A stretch of DNA of 64,000 nt from Adineta vaga (lineage: Eukaryota; Animalia; Rotifera). The position numbers and the translations under genes are program-made. The stretch covers positions 13,330,001 through 13,394,000 of the forward strand of contig CP075492.1 in assembly GCA_021613535.1 (NCBI GenBank), written 5' to 3'. Below, one piece after another: positions 35,979 through 48,960 of the stretch (within the stretch, counting starts at the first letter, position 1; every line of letters starts with the position of its first letter). A model generated the notes under the pieces. The model was given only the letters and a program-made list of their open reading frames with translations. It did no database searches and was not told where the DNA came from.

Positions 35979-38835
35979 AATTAAAAGAAGAAGCAAGTGT
36001 TTTTGGTTGTTTGTTGCCTTTCTCTTTTTTTCTGTATTTGGTAGTTGGCAATGTTAATATGTTGTTAAACGAATAAGCATAAGAACAAGAGAGAAAGGGA
36101 GAAAAAAAGAAAAACTAAGATTGTTTCTTGTTGTAGACACGATCGATACTCTCTTTTCTCTCATCCACCCTATTTGTCGATAAACTATTCAAGAAAAAAA
36201 TCTCATTGGTTGACATTCGAACGAGACACCATGTTTTACATTCTTGTTCGAGTACCTTGTTAACATCGCCAACGGGTGAAGAAGAAGAAGAAGAAGAAGA
36301 AGGAGAAGGAAAAAAAAAGAAACTTTTTCTCTTCTTATTGGATAGATGGATGGAAGGAAAAGAATGGGAGAAAAGAAAAAAAAGCAACACTAATAATGAA
36401 GAATAGTGCCCTAAGTAAATCATCGAGTCATTATAGAAGAGAAAGAAGAGAGTGGCCTCACCCTCTTAAGTCAACATCAACATGACGACAACGACGCCAT
36501 TCCTTCTTCGTCTTCTCTTCGTTTCTCTTCTCTTCTCTTCTTCTTCTTCTTTTTTCAATAAGCAAACATTGCATTTATCGACTCAAATGGAGACAATTAT
36601 TCTCCAGTTACTCTTACTTATCAATACAGAAAAATAAAGAACATAAACATTCAATATTATGTTTGTCTTTCACCATCTGCATCTCACATCTCTAGAAATA
36701 GAATTGACTTCGAACGACTTTTATTCGTTCTCTCGTTCCTTTCTTTTCTTTTTTTACACAGCTTCTAATTGTTTCAACAATTATTTCGAACGTGTCGAAA
36801 CCTTTTAACTTTGAAGATAACAACACATAGTTAATGTCAACTGACACATATTGATTTAAAGAAAATGATGTAATCTCATCGTTGAGATAGATGTCTGATG
36901 ATGATCATCATGATAATGATCATGGCACAAGTATCGAATAAACAACAATATGCAGACATTGTTTTTTCCTACTCTAATTAGAAAAGATCTGCTTGTTTAA
37001 TTGGACTCAGAGAAGAAGTCAAGATGATTGATGAGACAAGCAATGTGCCTTCGTTTCTTTTCTCAGTCTCCACCGTAATGTAATTCGTACGCTTGTTTTA
37101 CATAATGATGTATCGACATCTGACGACAGATAAGCACCTTTCCACACATTGACAAATCTTTTTCCTTATCTGCATCAGATAATATCTCTTTTCTTCTTCG
37201 TCTTCTTTCAATTAGAAAATGAAAATTGACAAAAAATAAAGATCAAATGATAATTGACACTTTAGAAAAAGAGAAAAAAAAATTCGATTGACCATATTGA
37301 TTTAATCAAAAAGAGAAGCTTAAGTACTTGTGAAATTGTTTTATCAACATTGACAATTGAGACGTAGATGAGAAGAATAACTTAGTTTTCTTTTTTTTTT
37401 CAGTGACACTCATTTCTATTCATTCGCTTTTAATAGACAGAAGATTAAAAGATACTCTACTCCTATGTCAATATATACAGATTCTTTTTCGAGTTGTGTG
37501 CCATTTTTTTAATCATGCTTTTTTAATAGAGTATGAGAGAAAGAGAATGAAAAGTTTGGTTCCGGCAGAATTCCAATAGAGAAGCATGCCGGACTACAAG
37601 TGGACATATGAACAAATAACAAACGATGGTGAGAGCGTATGATCGCTTTCTTCCGTTCATCTCTTCCTTTATTAGATTGCTTATGACCGACAAACACTAA
37701 TGGACCAATGAAAATAATTATTGACTAGAGTTCTTTTTGTTTTGTTTCTGTGTACATGAGTGGCAAGTTTTCTTTTTGTAAAACTTTCGAATCATTGTTA
37801 TTTTGTTTGAAAATGTTGACATAAAACTTAATTATGAAAACACAACAAAAACAAATCGAATTGTTTTTCTTTTGTGGTGAAGTTAAAGGAAATGGAATCA
37901 TGTCTTTTGTTTTCGAAGATTGAAATCAATGTCATTTGCGGTAGTGGTTTGATTGATCAGCATGGCGTGTGTCTATAAACAAAGATATGAGTTGAAGTGT
38001 ATCGTTGCAATTAGCGTGATAAGAAATGAAATGCACGCGATTCATTTCTCGTCTGTCGTTAATAAGTCAAGTGTAGATTAAGTTTCTTTATCATCGCTCA
38101 TCTGCACTTTCAAAGATTTTCCCCTCTTTTCTCTCTTCTTAAAAAGGTGATGTTGCTTTTAGTTAGATATATATATATCACCTTCAAGCGAAAATCGATT
38201 AAAACGTAATGATAAATCGAGTGATAAAGAAATGTTTAATTGAATTGGAATAAGGCGGAGAAATTTGTTAATAATGATAAATGGGAAAAAATTATCTTCA
38301 TTTGTCTTTCGTCTCCTTCATTAAAAAGTCGTTTTTCTTTTCTTACATAAAACATATGTGTAAGAGAGAAAAAAAACAAACGATAACATCCATATGTACA
38401 ATATCCCTGAGTTTGTTTGTTCCGATTTGAATATTTGTTGTTTGTGACAAGATCTAAACATGAGTTGATTTCGTTTGTGTCCTTTTTCTTCTTCTTCGCT
38501 ATTCAATGATATGCAATTGACCGCACTGATTTCCTTTTGAATTCATCGATAATCGAGTCAAAATTTTGTTGAATAATGTTATTTAAACAAATACAAATTG
38601 AAATCAAGTAGAATCAAAGATGAAAAGAATATTTGCATATAACTTTCGTTCTATTCAAAAATAATCGATCCGGTAAATTGACTTCAATTTTCTTTCTATG
38701 ATAATTTTGTTTTTCAAAAAACGTCGATTATAATCAGATGAATTAATTGTCTCGAGTGTTTCAGAATTTATTTTATTTACCAGTTTAAGTCAATCAAGAA
38801 GAGTCATTTATTGACAGAATAAAAAAACGAAAGTT

Positions 38836-39321
38836 TCATTTCGAATGATCAGTGTAATTGAGATTATTATTGGATAAACTTTCGTAGAACTTTTGTTGAA
38901 ACCAAGACATAATCTGTGGCATTTGTTCTTGTAGTTTCTTTTCAACTAATGCTGTAAGACGAAGTTCCGTTTGTGTTTCTTTTTCTAAGAATTTTTTTCC
39001 TAATGGTGAGGAATAAAATTTAATTAAACCATTGATATCCGAAGTTGTATAAAGATCACGATAGATTTCAACAATATGTGGACGTAATGATTGAAATGAT
39101 AAAAAGGTATTAATAAATTTGAGAATTTCACTTTTATAAGCGGCTAAAGTTGGATCACTCGCAATGTGTGATTCTAAGACATCGTTGAATTTCTTTTCCG
39201 ATTCAGTGATATTTAATAGATGATGTATACGTTGAGTGATTTTTCCTTTTGTTGGAGATTTACAATCAATTCCAATGGAGAAAATAACAATCAGTAGAAC
39301 GAAATACAAACGATTCGACAT
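38836..39321 (-). CDS. Secreted DUF2059-like protein, intronless
   Basis: Signal peptide; YRDLYTTSDINGLIKFYSSPLGKKFLEKE matches the DUF2059 signature (Y...FT..E...L..FY.SP.G.K). Confidence 0.75.
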   Translation of the reverse strand: MSNRLYFVLLIVIFSIGIDCKSPTKGKITQRIHHLLNITESEKKFNDVLESHIASDPTLAAYKSEILKFINTFLSFQSLRPHIVEIYRDLYTTSDINGLIKFYSSPLGKKFLEKETQTELRLTALVEKKLQEQMPQIMSWFQQKFYESLSNNNLNYTDHSK

Positions 39322-39987
39322 GTCGTTTTATTTGTTTTGTTGAGAAATAAACTATTGTAAGAAGATAGATTTTTATTGATATTGATAAGAAATAAATTTG
39401 ATATTTGATCTTTGGCATTCTTTTTTGTAACAAGGAAATTATTTTAATCGACAATTTGTTTTATCTATCATAATCGAAATCGTGAAGAAGAAAAGAAACT
39501 CAATTTCAATCGAGTCTATCAAAAGATCTTATGATTAGAGAAAAATTTTGAGCTGAATTTTCAAGATCTTTCATTTCCTAGTGATGATATAATCATATCA
39601 TTATAATTGTAGGTAGAATTTTGGTGAAATAGCGACGAATAATAAAAGAATTCTCTTTCTCAATAATTATATGTTATTGTCTTTTTTCAAAGTTGACATT
39701 ATCTGAAAAAAAAACGGAATAACATTCAAAACATCAGGGTTGCATTATTTACATTATTTTTATTGCAAAGAAATTCTTCAAAACTTCAGAGTAGTAAGAA
39801 CAGGCATAGAAGATTGAAAAATGCAAAACAAACAAAATGTGCCATTTGATTATGAAAAATTGTACGATTCTTCTACCTACGAAACAGCATTTTCACTTGT
39901 CAGTTGTTGCAGTAACCAATAGACGATTAACTTCAGTTGCTGTTAACATATTTAATATTTTGAAAATTTTCACAAGATCTTACATTA

Positions 39988-42359
39988 ATGACACAGAGCA
40001 ATTCATTTGGTCGTTATATTGATGCTGACAATGAACCTACGAAAACTCTTCTGCCAATCGAAGGTTATGAAAAGAAACCTTTAGTTTCATTGAGAGAAAC
40101 TCTTGCTTTCATAGATACACCAATTCATAATTTGAATACTATGGTTTGGGCAGCTGAGAGAAATAGTGAAAATCCAGCAGATGGTCTCACTTCAGATGAA
40201 TCAGCAGCCATACATTTATATACAATGGAGTGGCCAAAAGATCATGCTAGTTTCTATGCTTTATTAAATCAAAAACTTCGCTCTGAGATACGAAATGATC
40301 TTGCACCATGGTTCTCATATTTAAAACTCTTTTTGACGGCACTACACAAGTTACCATCAGAGAAGCAGATTGTTTGGCGTGGCATTCGTAATGATGCTAG
40401 TCATTTATATCGAAAAGATTTCATTTGGTGGGGTGTTAGTTCATGTACAGACACAATGAAAGTGATGGAGAAGTTTGTGGGTCAATCAGGTGTTCGAACA
40501 ATGTTCATGATTGAATGTATCAATGGAAAAGCTATTCGATCTCATTCACACTATGGAACTGAAAACGAAATCATTTTAATGCCTGGAACTTACTTGCGTG
40601 TTGTTGATAAATGTAGTCCTGGTGATGGATTACATATAATTCGATTACAAGAAGAGACTCCACCGTGCCAATTAGTCATCGACCTTTCACTAATTCATCA
40701 TCATCAACAGTAGATACACCGCCATTAACGAAACTTACCATCTCTACAGCTGATAGTTCTCCTAAATATAGTGCATCGAAACAATCAAAAGGTAAGAGTT
40801 GTTGTGAGGAAACGGTAGAAGATAGAAGTTCAATCTTGGTACATGCAAAAAACGCAGAAGAAGTGAATCGATTTTAAGAAAAGATAATATATATATATAT
40901 ATGCTTGGTTATCTTGTGCAGTGGATAATCTTTTTTTAATGTAAATATTCGCTCATTCTATAAATATTTCTTTAGATAAAGCATGGCTCTATCGTCCATA
41001 TCATTCGGATGGAACGATCAAAAGAATTGTTGAACTGGAACCTAAACTAAAGAATCCACCAGGGAAAGTAGATGTTAATATTTTTGATCGTGTTCATGGA
41101 TCATTATTAGGCTTGGCTATAGGTGATGCTCTTGGTGCTTCAATCGAACATCAATCACGAGAATACTTGGTTCGTAATCCAGTCACAGATCTTCAAGGAG
41201 GTGGCACTTGGGGACTAGAAAAAGGAGAGGTATTTGTCTTTCATAAAAGATTCTGTCAGTCGATGAACGATTTCAGATAGTGGTTCACCTCCCTATTTTT
41301 GGGAAACAAAATACGTGAGAACGTTTTGTCTAAGATTTTAAATTATTCCACCTACGCATTTTTTTACTGTACGAATTATAGTACAGGATAAGAAGCTATA
41401 TAGAAGTTTAGTTCAGGTATCAATCATATTTTTCTTTCGATTTTAAGTTCACAGATGATACATCCATGGCTTTGTGTTTAGCGAACTCATTGATAGCATG
41501 TCGTGATTTTAATCCTTATGATCAACTCGTACGCTACAAATGGTGGTTTCGAAATGGTTATATGTCTTCTAATGGAAAATGTTTTGATATTGGTACTGCA
41601 ACGAAACGATCGTTGATTGAGTTTGAATATCGACAAAAAGAATTTATGAAAAAAAATAATATTTCAGAGAAAGATATCGATTATCTTCACGATCCTGTAC
41701 TGCTGCATGAATTTAATGTCGATTGTAGTGAAAAGGGTACAGCTGGTAATGGAGCTCTTATGCGACTCTGTCCTGTACCACTGTTCTTCTATCGTCATCC
41801 TGTATACGCTGTCGAATTTTCAGGTATTAGTGGAAGAATTACTCATGGTGATATAATTGCATATGATGCTTGCCGTTATTATGGTGCCCTTATTGTAGCT
41901 GCACTTGCTGGAGAGAGTAAAAGTGATCTTCTCGATAGTGATTTTTATGTGAAACATCAAGCATGGTTCAATAATAAGCCACTTCATAAAAGTGTTATGC
42001 AGGTCATCGAAGGATCATACAAGAAACGACGTGGATATGACGATGGTATTCGAGGTACAGGGTTTATTATCAACGCTCTGGAAGCCGCTCTGTGGGCATT
42101 TTGGGTGGATGAGAATTGCTTTGAAAAAGGTGTTCTCGCTGCTGTTAATCTTGGTGATATTACTACCACAACAGCAGCAGTATACGGCCAATTAGCAGGT
42201 GCTTATTACGGATATAGTCGATTACCTAAACGTTTGTGCAAATACATATACGGTTCAAAATACATAGCATGTTTGAGCGAATGGATTGTTTATGAGAGCG
42301 AACGATGGAATTCAAGTCGATCACAAGCTCTTACTATCCATAAGTTTCCTTATTCTTAA
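39988..42359 (+). CDS. ADP-ribosyltransferase fused to an ADP-ribosylglycohydrolase (DraG/ARH family); exons 39988..40791, 40976..41229, 41448..42359; apparent 1-nt frameshift near 40680
   Basis: ART: LTSDESAAIHLYT, VWRG, WGVSSCT, ENEIILMPG. ARH: GLAIGDALG, FTDDTSMA, GNGALMR, ITH, ALEAALWAF, GQLAGA. Splice phases join the linker to the ARH. Confidence 0.82.
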
Positions 42360-43179
42360 TCATAACCTACTGTCGCATTTACTTCATTGACTATATCATA
42401 TATTTTCGCATTGAATTAATGAATAACGAAAATCGAAGAATCGATATTTTCTCTTAATGATGAATAATGAATATATATATATATGTTTTCTTGATTAATT
42501 AAAAGATCACACGCTGAAAACAATTTTGACATAAAAATTATTGTGTGAAACTTCAAGTTTAAATGAAAACTTGATGTGATGTATTCACTAAATATATAAA
42601 ATTCTCTTATAATCATTAGAATTTCAAATTCTTTCAATCTATAGTTCTCTTCTATCATTATTATATTTATACAAACATGACAACTGGAAATCAATCATGT
42701 TATCATAAACCATGACATTTATTGCCATAAAAACTGAATAATCGAACACGAGCGACATCTATGTAATATCTAGTTCTAGAAAATTTCTAAGTTTTGAATG
42801 AAAGAAACTTTTCCCAAATTTCGTTTCATCTACGACTAATCAAATAATAAAATTAATGGAAAATGTTTGGTTATGCAAATGAACCATTGTGATTGAGAAT
42901 GTTCTCTTGATAAATGAATCATTCTCTTTGAGTCGTGACCATCCAGCCAGCGAAGGAAGAAACGTAACAAATATGGATATTAAATCATTCATCAATAGAA
43001 ATAGAAATAGAATTCAATCTCTACTTTGTTACGTCATCACATACTCATCAAAATCAAATTTAAAATATAACTTGTATCTTTTTATTTACAATAAGATTTT
43101 GTCATTACTGTCTCTCTCTCTCTCTTTGTGGTTAAAGTACATAAAAATATTTGATTTTATTTCAGATTTTTCTTCAAAA

Positions 43180-45723
43180 ATGAGTTCAGCATTAAGCATT
43201 TCAGCAGCAAATCCTGTGCCAGAAACTGTTGAAACCATGTTTTGTAAGTTTAACTTATTTCTACATCTTTTACTCATAGATTTTATCTTTATTTAGTTAA
43301 AGTAACAAGTCCAGTACAAAAAAGTGCAGATCCAAATTTAATGAACTCATTTAGTTCAAAAGTGAATTCTGAACCTGAGGGACATCATCAAGCAATTCGT
43401 TTGATTGCTCATAAAATACAATCTCCACAAGAACATGAAGCATTACGTACATTAGAATTACTTGAAGTCTGTGTTCAACGTTGTGGGAGAAGATTTCATC
43501 AAGAAATTGGAAAATTTCGTTTTCTCAATGAAATGATTAAACTTGTTTCACCGAAAGTAAGTCGAAATCATTTGAAGATTCTGTAAGAAAAGAAAATCGT
43601 TTTGTTTTAGTATTTGGGTAATCATACGTCAGAAAAAGTAAAGAAAAAGGTTATTGAACTTTTATATTCATGGACGCAAAGTTTACCGAGTGAAGTGAAA
43701 GTTAATGAAGCATATCAAATGTTAAAACGTCAGTCAATTATAACAGAAGATCCGATTTATGTAAATCAATCTGCAACAACACCTGTTCCTCAAAGAACAA
43801 AATCAATCTTCGATACGGATGAAGAAAAGAGCAAAGTAAAAGAGAAACTCATCTCTCGAAGAACGCTTCTTCTTTTTTTTCTTCTTCTTTAGACTCTTCA
43901 ACGATTGTTAAAAAGTCGTAGACCTGAAGATTTAGAACAAGCAAATGCATTAATTAAAAGTTTTGTGAAAAAAGTATGTCGATATTTTATATTAAGCTTT
44001 TTAGCACATAAAAAAATCATTTTTAGGATGAAGAAAAAATTGAGAAATTATCAACTCGTGCTGTTGAATTAGAAAAAGTACAAAATAATGTTCGTGTTTT
44101 ATCTGAAATGCTTATTCATTATAATCAATCAACAGTCACTGAAGCTGAAAAAGAAACAATGACGGTTTGTAGAGATTAATTTTGATCTCTCGAGAAAATA
44201 TTCGTTGATATTTTAGTATTTACATGATGAATTGGAAAAATTACGACCGATTTTATTTCGATTAGCAACAGAAAGTGAAGATGGTGATGAAGGACTTGGT
44301 TAGTTTTGAACGATTTCATGAAATTAAATGAATATATATATATTTGATGAATTTAGGAGAGATTTTAACAGCAAGTGATTCGTTATCACGTGTTTTAGCT
44401 CAATATGATCGTTTAGTTAGACAAAATGCAAATTTTAAAGATGGTTTGTTATGAAAGATATCAAAATGATAATAATATTCAAGTTGTTTTTTGTTTTGTT
44501 TGCATAGATAATGTTCTTCCTCTATTCGATGAGGTTGTACCGGTTCCTACAAGTTCTGCTTCACGAACATTGATTGATTTAGCTGGTAATGCAACTAGTA
44601 AGTAAAGATTCGAACTCATTTTTTTATAAAAATATAACATAAGGTTAACTCTATGATTACATTTCACTATTATAGGTTCGTTAAAGGAAACTAAATCAGC
44701 AGCTAATGAACTTGATGAATTATTTGGTTCTTTGAATGTCATGCCTAATAGTACATCAACTCTTGTACCATCAACACAGAATGAATCTGATGATTGTTTA
44801 CCATTGTTTTCCACAACTAATACTAAAACAAATAATCAAAGTAATTTCTCAATTTTCCCCCCATATATACATATATAAAATACACAGGAGAGTTTTATGT
44901 TGAAGCATCATCAAATACACATGACGGAACAACACCAGTAACAAAAAAAGGTGGACTTTTTGATGATTTACAGGATCTTCTTGTCGATCAATCAACAGGA
45001 CAGAAAATTTCATCCACTAGAAAGTATTCTATCTCTGTTTCAAAATCACTAGATCTTTTTTTTGTCACTTTTCATCCAGTACATTTCAATCTACAAGTTC
45101 AACAGCCCAAAAAATTCCATTGAATGAAATGAAGAATACTTCACCAATAAAATCATCCGAAAATGAATTACCATTTCCAACCGTTACTCTGGAATCCATT
45201 CGTCCCTCATCAGAAAATCCACCTATAAATTTCAAACTTACTCACAATACCGGTCTTCAATGTGTTCTTCATATTGGACGTGATTCTCCTCGTCGTGATC
45301 TTATTATCAGTGTCTTAACCGTAACTAATACAAATACAGCAGATTCAATTAATAACTTTCATTTTGAAATAACCGCCGCATCGAAAGTAATACCATTGAA
45401 TTTCTATCAAACTGTTTTTCATCGTGTCTTTCTTTTAGAATATGCGTGTCAAGTTACAGAGTCCATCCGGCAGTGATTTGCCTGCTTACAATCCTATTTT
45501 ACCTCCACAAGCAATAACACAAATTTTACTTGTTTCGAATCCGAATAAGGTTAGTTATCTTAGATAAAAGAAAAAAAGAAAGAATGTAGCATAAATTATT
45601 GTTTTTGTCTTCTAGGAACCTGTTCGACTTAGTTATAAACTAAGTTATTATTCATCAGGCGAACAAATAAATGAATCGGATGAAATTGACAATGGATTTC
45701 CTAGTTCGATTGATCACATTTAA
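43180..45723 (+). CDS. GGA: Golgi-localized gamma-ear ARF-binding protein (VHS-GAT-hinge-GAE)
   Basis: VHS: LIAHKIQSPQEHEALRTL and EIGKFRFLNEMIKLVSPK. GAT: RLLKSRRPEDLEQANALIK. GAE: LQSPSGSDLPAYNPILPPQAITQ. Confidence 0.92.
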
Positions 45724-45764
45724 AGTTTTATTTTATTTATATATATATTAAAAAAATGAAGCAA

Positions 45765-45810
45765 AACACGCACACACACATACACACACATATATAAATA
45801 TATATATGTA
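45765..45810. repeat. (CA)n/(TA)n microsatellite in the GGA 3'UTR
   Basis: Directly visible. Confidence 0.7.
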
Positions 45811-46220
45811 TTTCTCTTTTCTGTTCTGTTGCTTTTTATATATTCACCTGAGAAGCAACTTTTGTAATAACGAGAAAATAAGCAAGCAATGTCTGATATA
45901 GAAGAAGAAAAAGAAAAAATGAGAGTCGAAGTCTAGTTCCTAGTCGTATATACTTAAATATTTATATTTCTTCTTTTTTTCTCTCCGTTATGACATTTTA
46001 TTTTGATACACGTAATATGAAGTATGGCATTACATAGGAAAAATACATTTGTTGATACCTTTGTCTCTTATGCTCAAAGATCGACATTAGACGAACAATC
46101 GAGACGAGGAATATCGTTGACAAATCCTTTGGTGAGAATGAGTGTCAATAATAACATTTCTCACTTTTTTAATTCTATAAATTAATTAAGTAACTGTACT
46201 TTTGTTTTTGTTTCCTATAG

Positions 46221-48747
46221 ATGAATAGATTCAGGCCATTTTTTAGTGGACCGAAGTAAATTTGTTTGACCTGTCTTTATTTTTCATCACTGCTTGTTTT
46301 CTATAGAAATGAAGATGTACCTGAATGTTACAATCGTGTTCGTTACATTCGAGATTCATGTAAAACTCTCTCCGATCTTTGGAAATCAGATAAAGATTTT
46401 GTAAGTGTAGAATTCATTTCTAAATTCATCAATCTAGTTTTTATTTCTCTCTGTTTTATAGTTAAATAAAAGTATTGACGGTGATGTTACAAAAACATTC
46501 AAAGAATTTCGTGCGAGTGATTGTGCACGTGCTTATTATTCACCATCTGGTCCAACCGGTTCACCATCGGTACTGAATTCAACTATTGAAGATTTAGTTA
46601 GTATACATGAGTATATCGATGAAGAAAGAAGAAAATGGCTTGAGAAATTTCGCACTATTAGTGATCAAGCAAAAGAAAAACAGGTAGGAATCTTTCTTGA
46701 CTTTTTTTTTCATAGGAAAATGTCGAAAATTGATTTATTTAGTCAACCATTCGACAAACAATGGCAGATTTACGTGATAAATATGAACGTGCTCAACGAA
46801 AATATGAAGCTGCTGATGCTAATTTTAAAAAGTTTGTCAAATTATAAACTTTTTAAGAACAAAAATGACATGTTTCATTTGTTTAAAGATTTCAAAATCG
46901 ATCAGATCGTAATTCCGTCCCTAATTATGAAGAACGCTATCGTGAATTAGAAGATAATCGTAGTGAATGTGATCAAGATCGTATGTCAGCTCGTGATATC
47001 TATGCAACTGAAACTTATCGTGTCGCAAGTGAAGAACATTCCATTTCTCGTGATTTTTTTGCTCAATTTATATTTGAAGAACAGACATTTTATGATGATA
47101 TTCAACAGTATTTATCCAAACAAATACCAAGAGTTCAAGATCGTTTAAATTCTGATAAATTTGCTCCCTCCTTCCATTGTGATTTAGCTAAGCATTGTAT
47201 TAAACGAATTCGTCAACCAATTGCATATCCAATTGAAACATGCATTCATTTATTAAGAGGTAGTGAAAATGAAGAAGGTCTTTTTCGTATTGCACCAGCA
47301 CATGGTAAACAAAAGAAATTAGTTAGTGAATTAGATTTACAATTATTAAATAAACATTCGAAATTAAATGCACTTGGTTATGATGCACATGTTGCAGCAG
47401 GAACATTAAAACAATATTTAAGAGAATTACCCGATTGTTTACTAACGGACGAACTTTTATCACAATGGCTGGAAGTTCTATCTTTAGGGTAATTAAAATT
47501 TTCATTTGTTTCAATTTTTGTTCATATATAGAATCTTTTAGTACTGAAGAAGCTCGTATACAACGAATCGGTGAATTAATTCATCAATTACCAAAAGTGA
47601 ACTATGATAATCTCTGGTAAATTTCATCTTTTTCCCATACAAAATTCCTGAAATAAACATATTTTTCTTTAGTTATCTCATTCGTTTCTTGAGTGATGTT
47701 GCTGAACATTCATCAGAAAATAAAATGACTGCAAGTAATTTAGGCATTTGTATTGGTTGCAGTCTTCTCTATGCAAAAGATCAACCATCAATTCCAACGA
47801 TGTCAAATTCTTATACACAAAGTTCAACTATAGTTGAATTGATGATTATACATCATAAAAAATTCTTTCCATCAAATGGGAAAACAGATATGCCAACACG
47901 AACGCCACCAGATGTTATTCCGACAGTTTTTCAAACAGTAAAAGATTTTGTATTTAAATATTTGTTCGATCGATATAGAAATTGCTTGTTTCTTAGGAGA
48001 AAAACTCTGCTACAGTCGATAATTTAATCGATATTGAACCTTCGGATCCGTAAGTATAAATGAATTCTATTTTTCCACACTTATACATTGAATTTCCTTT
48101 TCAAGATCACCACCACAATTTCGTAAACCTCCAGCACCTCGTCCACCTAGTGTTCGACAACCAATAATTCAAACTGAATCAGCACAAAGTCCACGAATAC
48201 ATGGTGATAGTACAACATCGAACAAACTCTCTGTTGAACCGATAACAGGTTATTTTGAATGATGACCCAAAGAAAGAATTGTTTGAAAAAGGTTTTCTCT
48301 CGCTCGCTTTTCATCAACTAAAAACATAATTTCTCTAACTTACATGACTTATTCTTTAGTTATTACTATGTTATTTTCTTTTTCTTTTTTCTTATTGTAG
48401 CACCAAGTTCTCCAGGTTTACATGTATTGAGAAGAAGTCATAGTCGTACTGCTAGTGGCGATGTGGAATTAGATCGTTCAATCGCTCCACCACCTGTTCC
48501 TCCACCGGTTCGACCACGACCTTCCAATTATAAAAAAGAATCCGATCCATCCGAATCAACAACAAATGATTTATTATTTATATCACCAACATCAGATGAT
48601 GGTGTTCAATTGGTCAAATCCACTCCTGATACACATACTCGAGTGGCTAATTCAAATAATCATTCAGGTCAAACAACAAACCTTCGAACTTCAACACATC
48701 AACAACAACCTACACCGACTTCACCCGAAGAAATCACACAATTCTAG
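46221..48747 (+). CDS. BAR-RhoGAP protein (ARHGAP17/ARHGAP44/SH3BP1-like) with a Pro-rich tail
   Basis: Helical N-terminus; EEGLFRIA, DAHVAAGTLKQYLRELPDCLL, NKMTASNLGICIG; PxxP-rich C-terminus. Confidence 0.82.
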
Positions 48748-48960
48748 TCTTTCTATCAGTGACTATTTTCTAGCTTTCTCTTTTTTTTCTTCTTCTTCTT
48801 ATTCACAACGAATTGCATCTATTTGTTCTTACTTTTTTTTTCTAAAAATCTATTTATCATCTAATTCTTTACTCGATTCTTTCGTTCGATATAAATATTC
48901 CGATTTTTTTATTGTTAATAATCAAAAGTAATTGTTGTATTCCAGATAGATAAAAGAAAA

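Noticed and set aside
36115-36485. Overlapping short ORFs with poly-E/K/S tracts upstream of Irx
   Set aside because: Translations of GAA/AAG simple repeats in promoter or UTR DNA.
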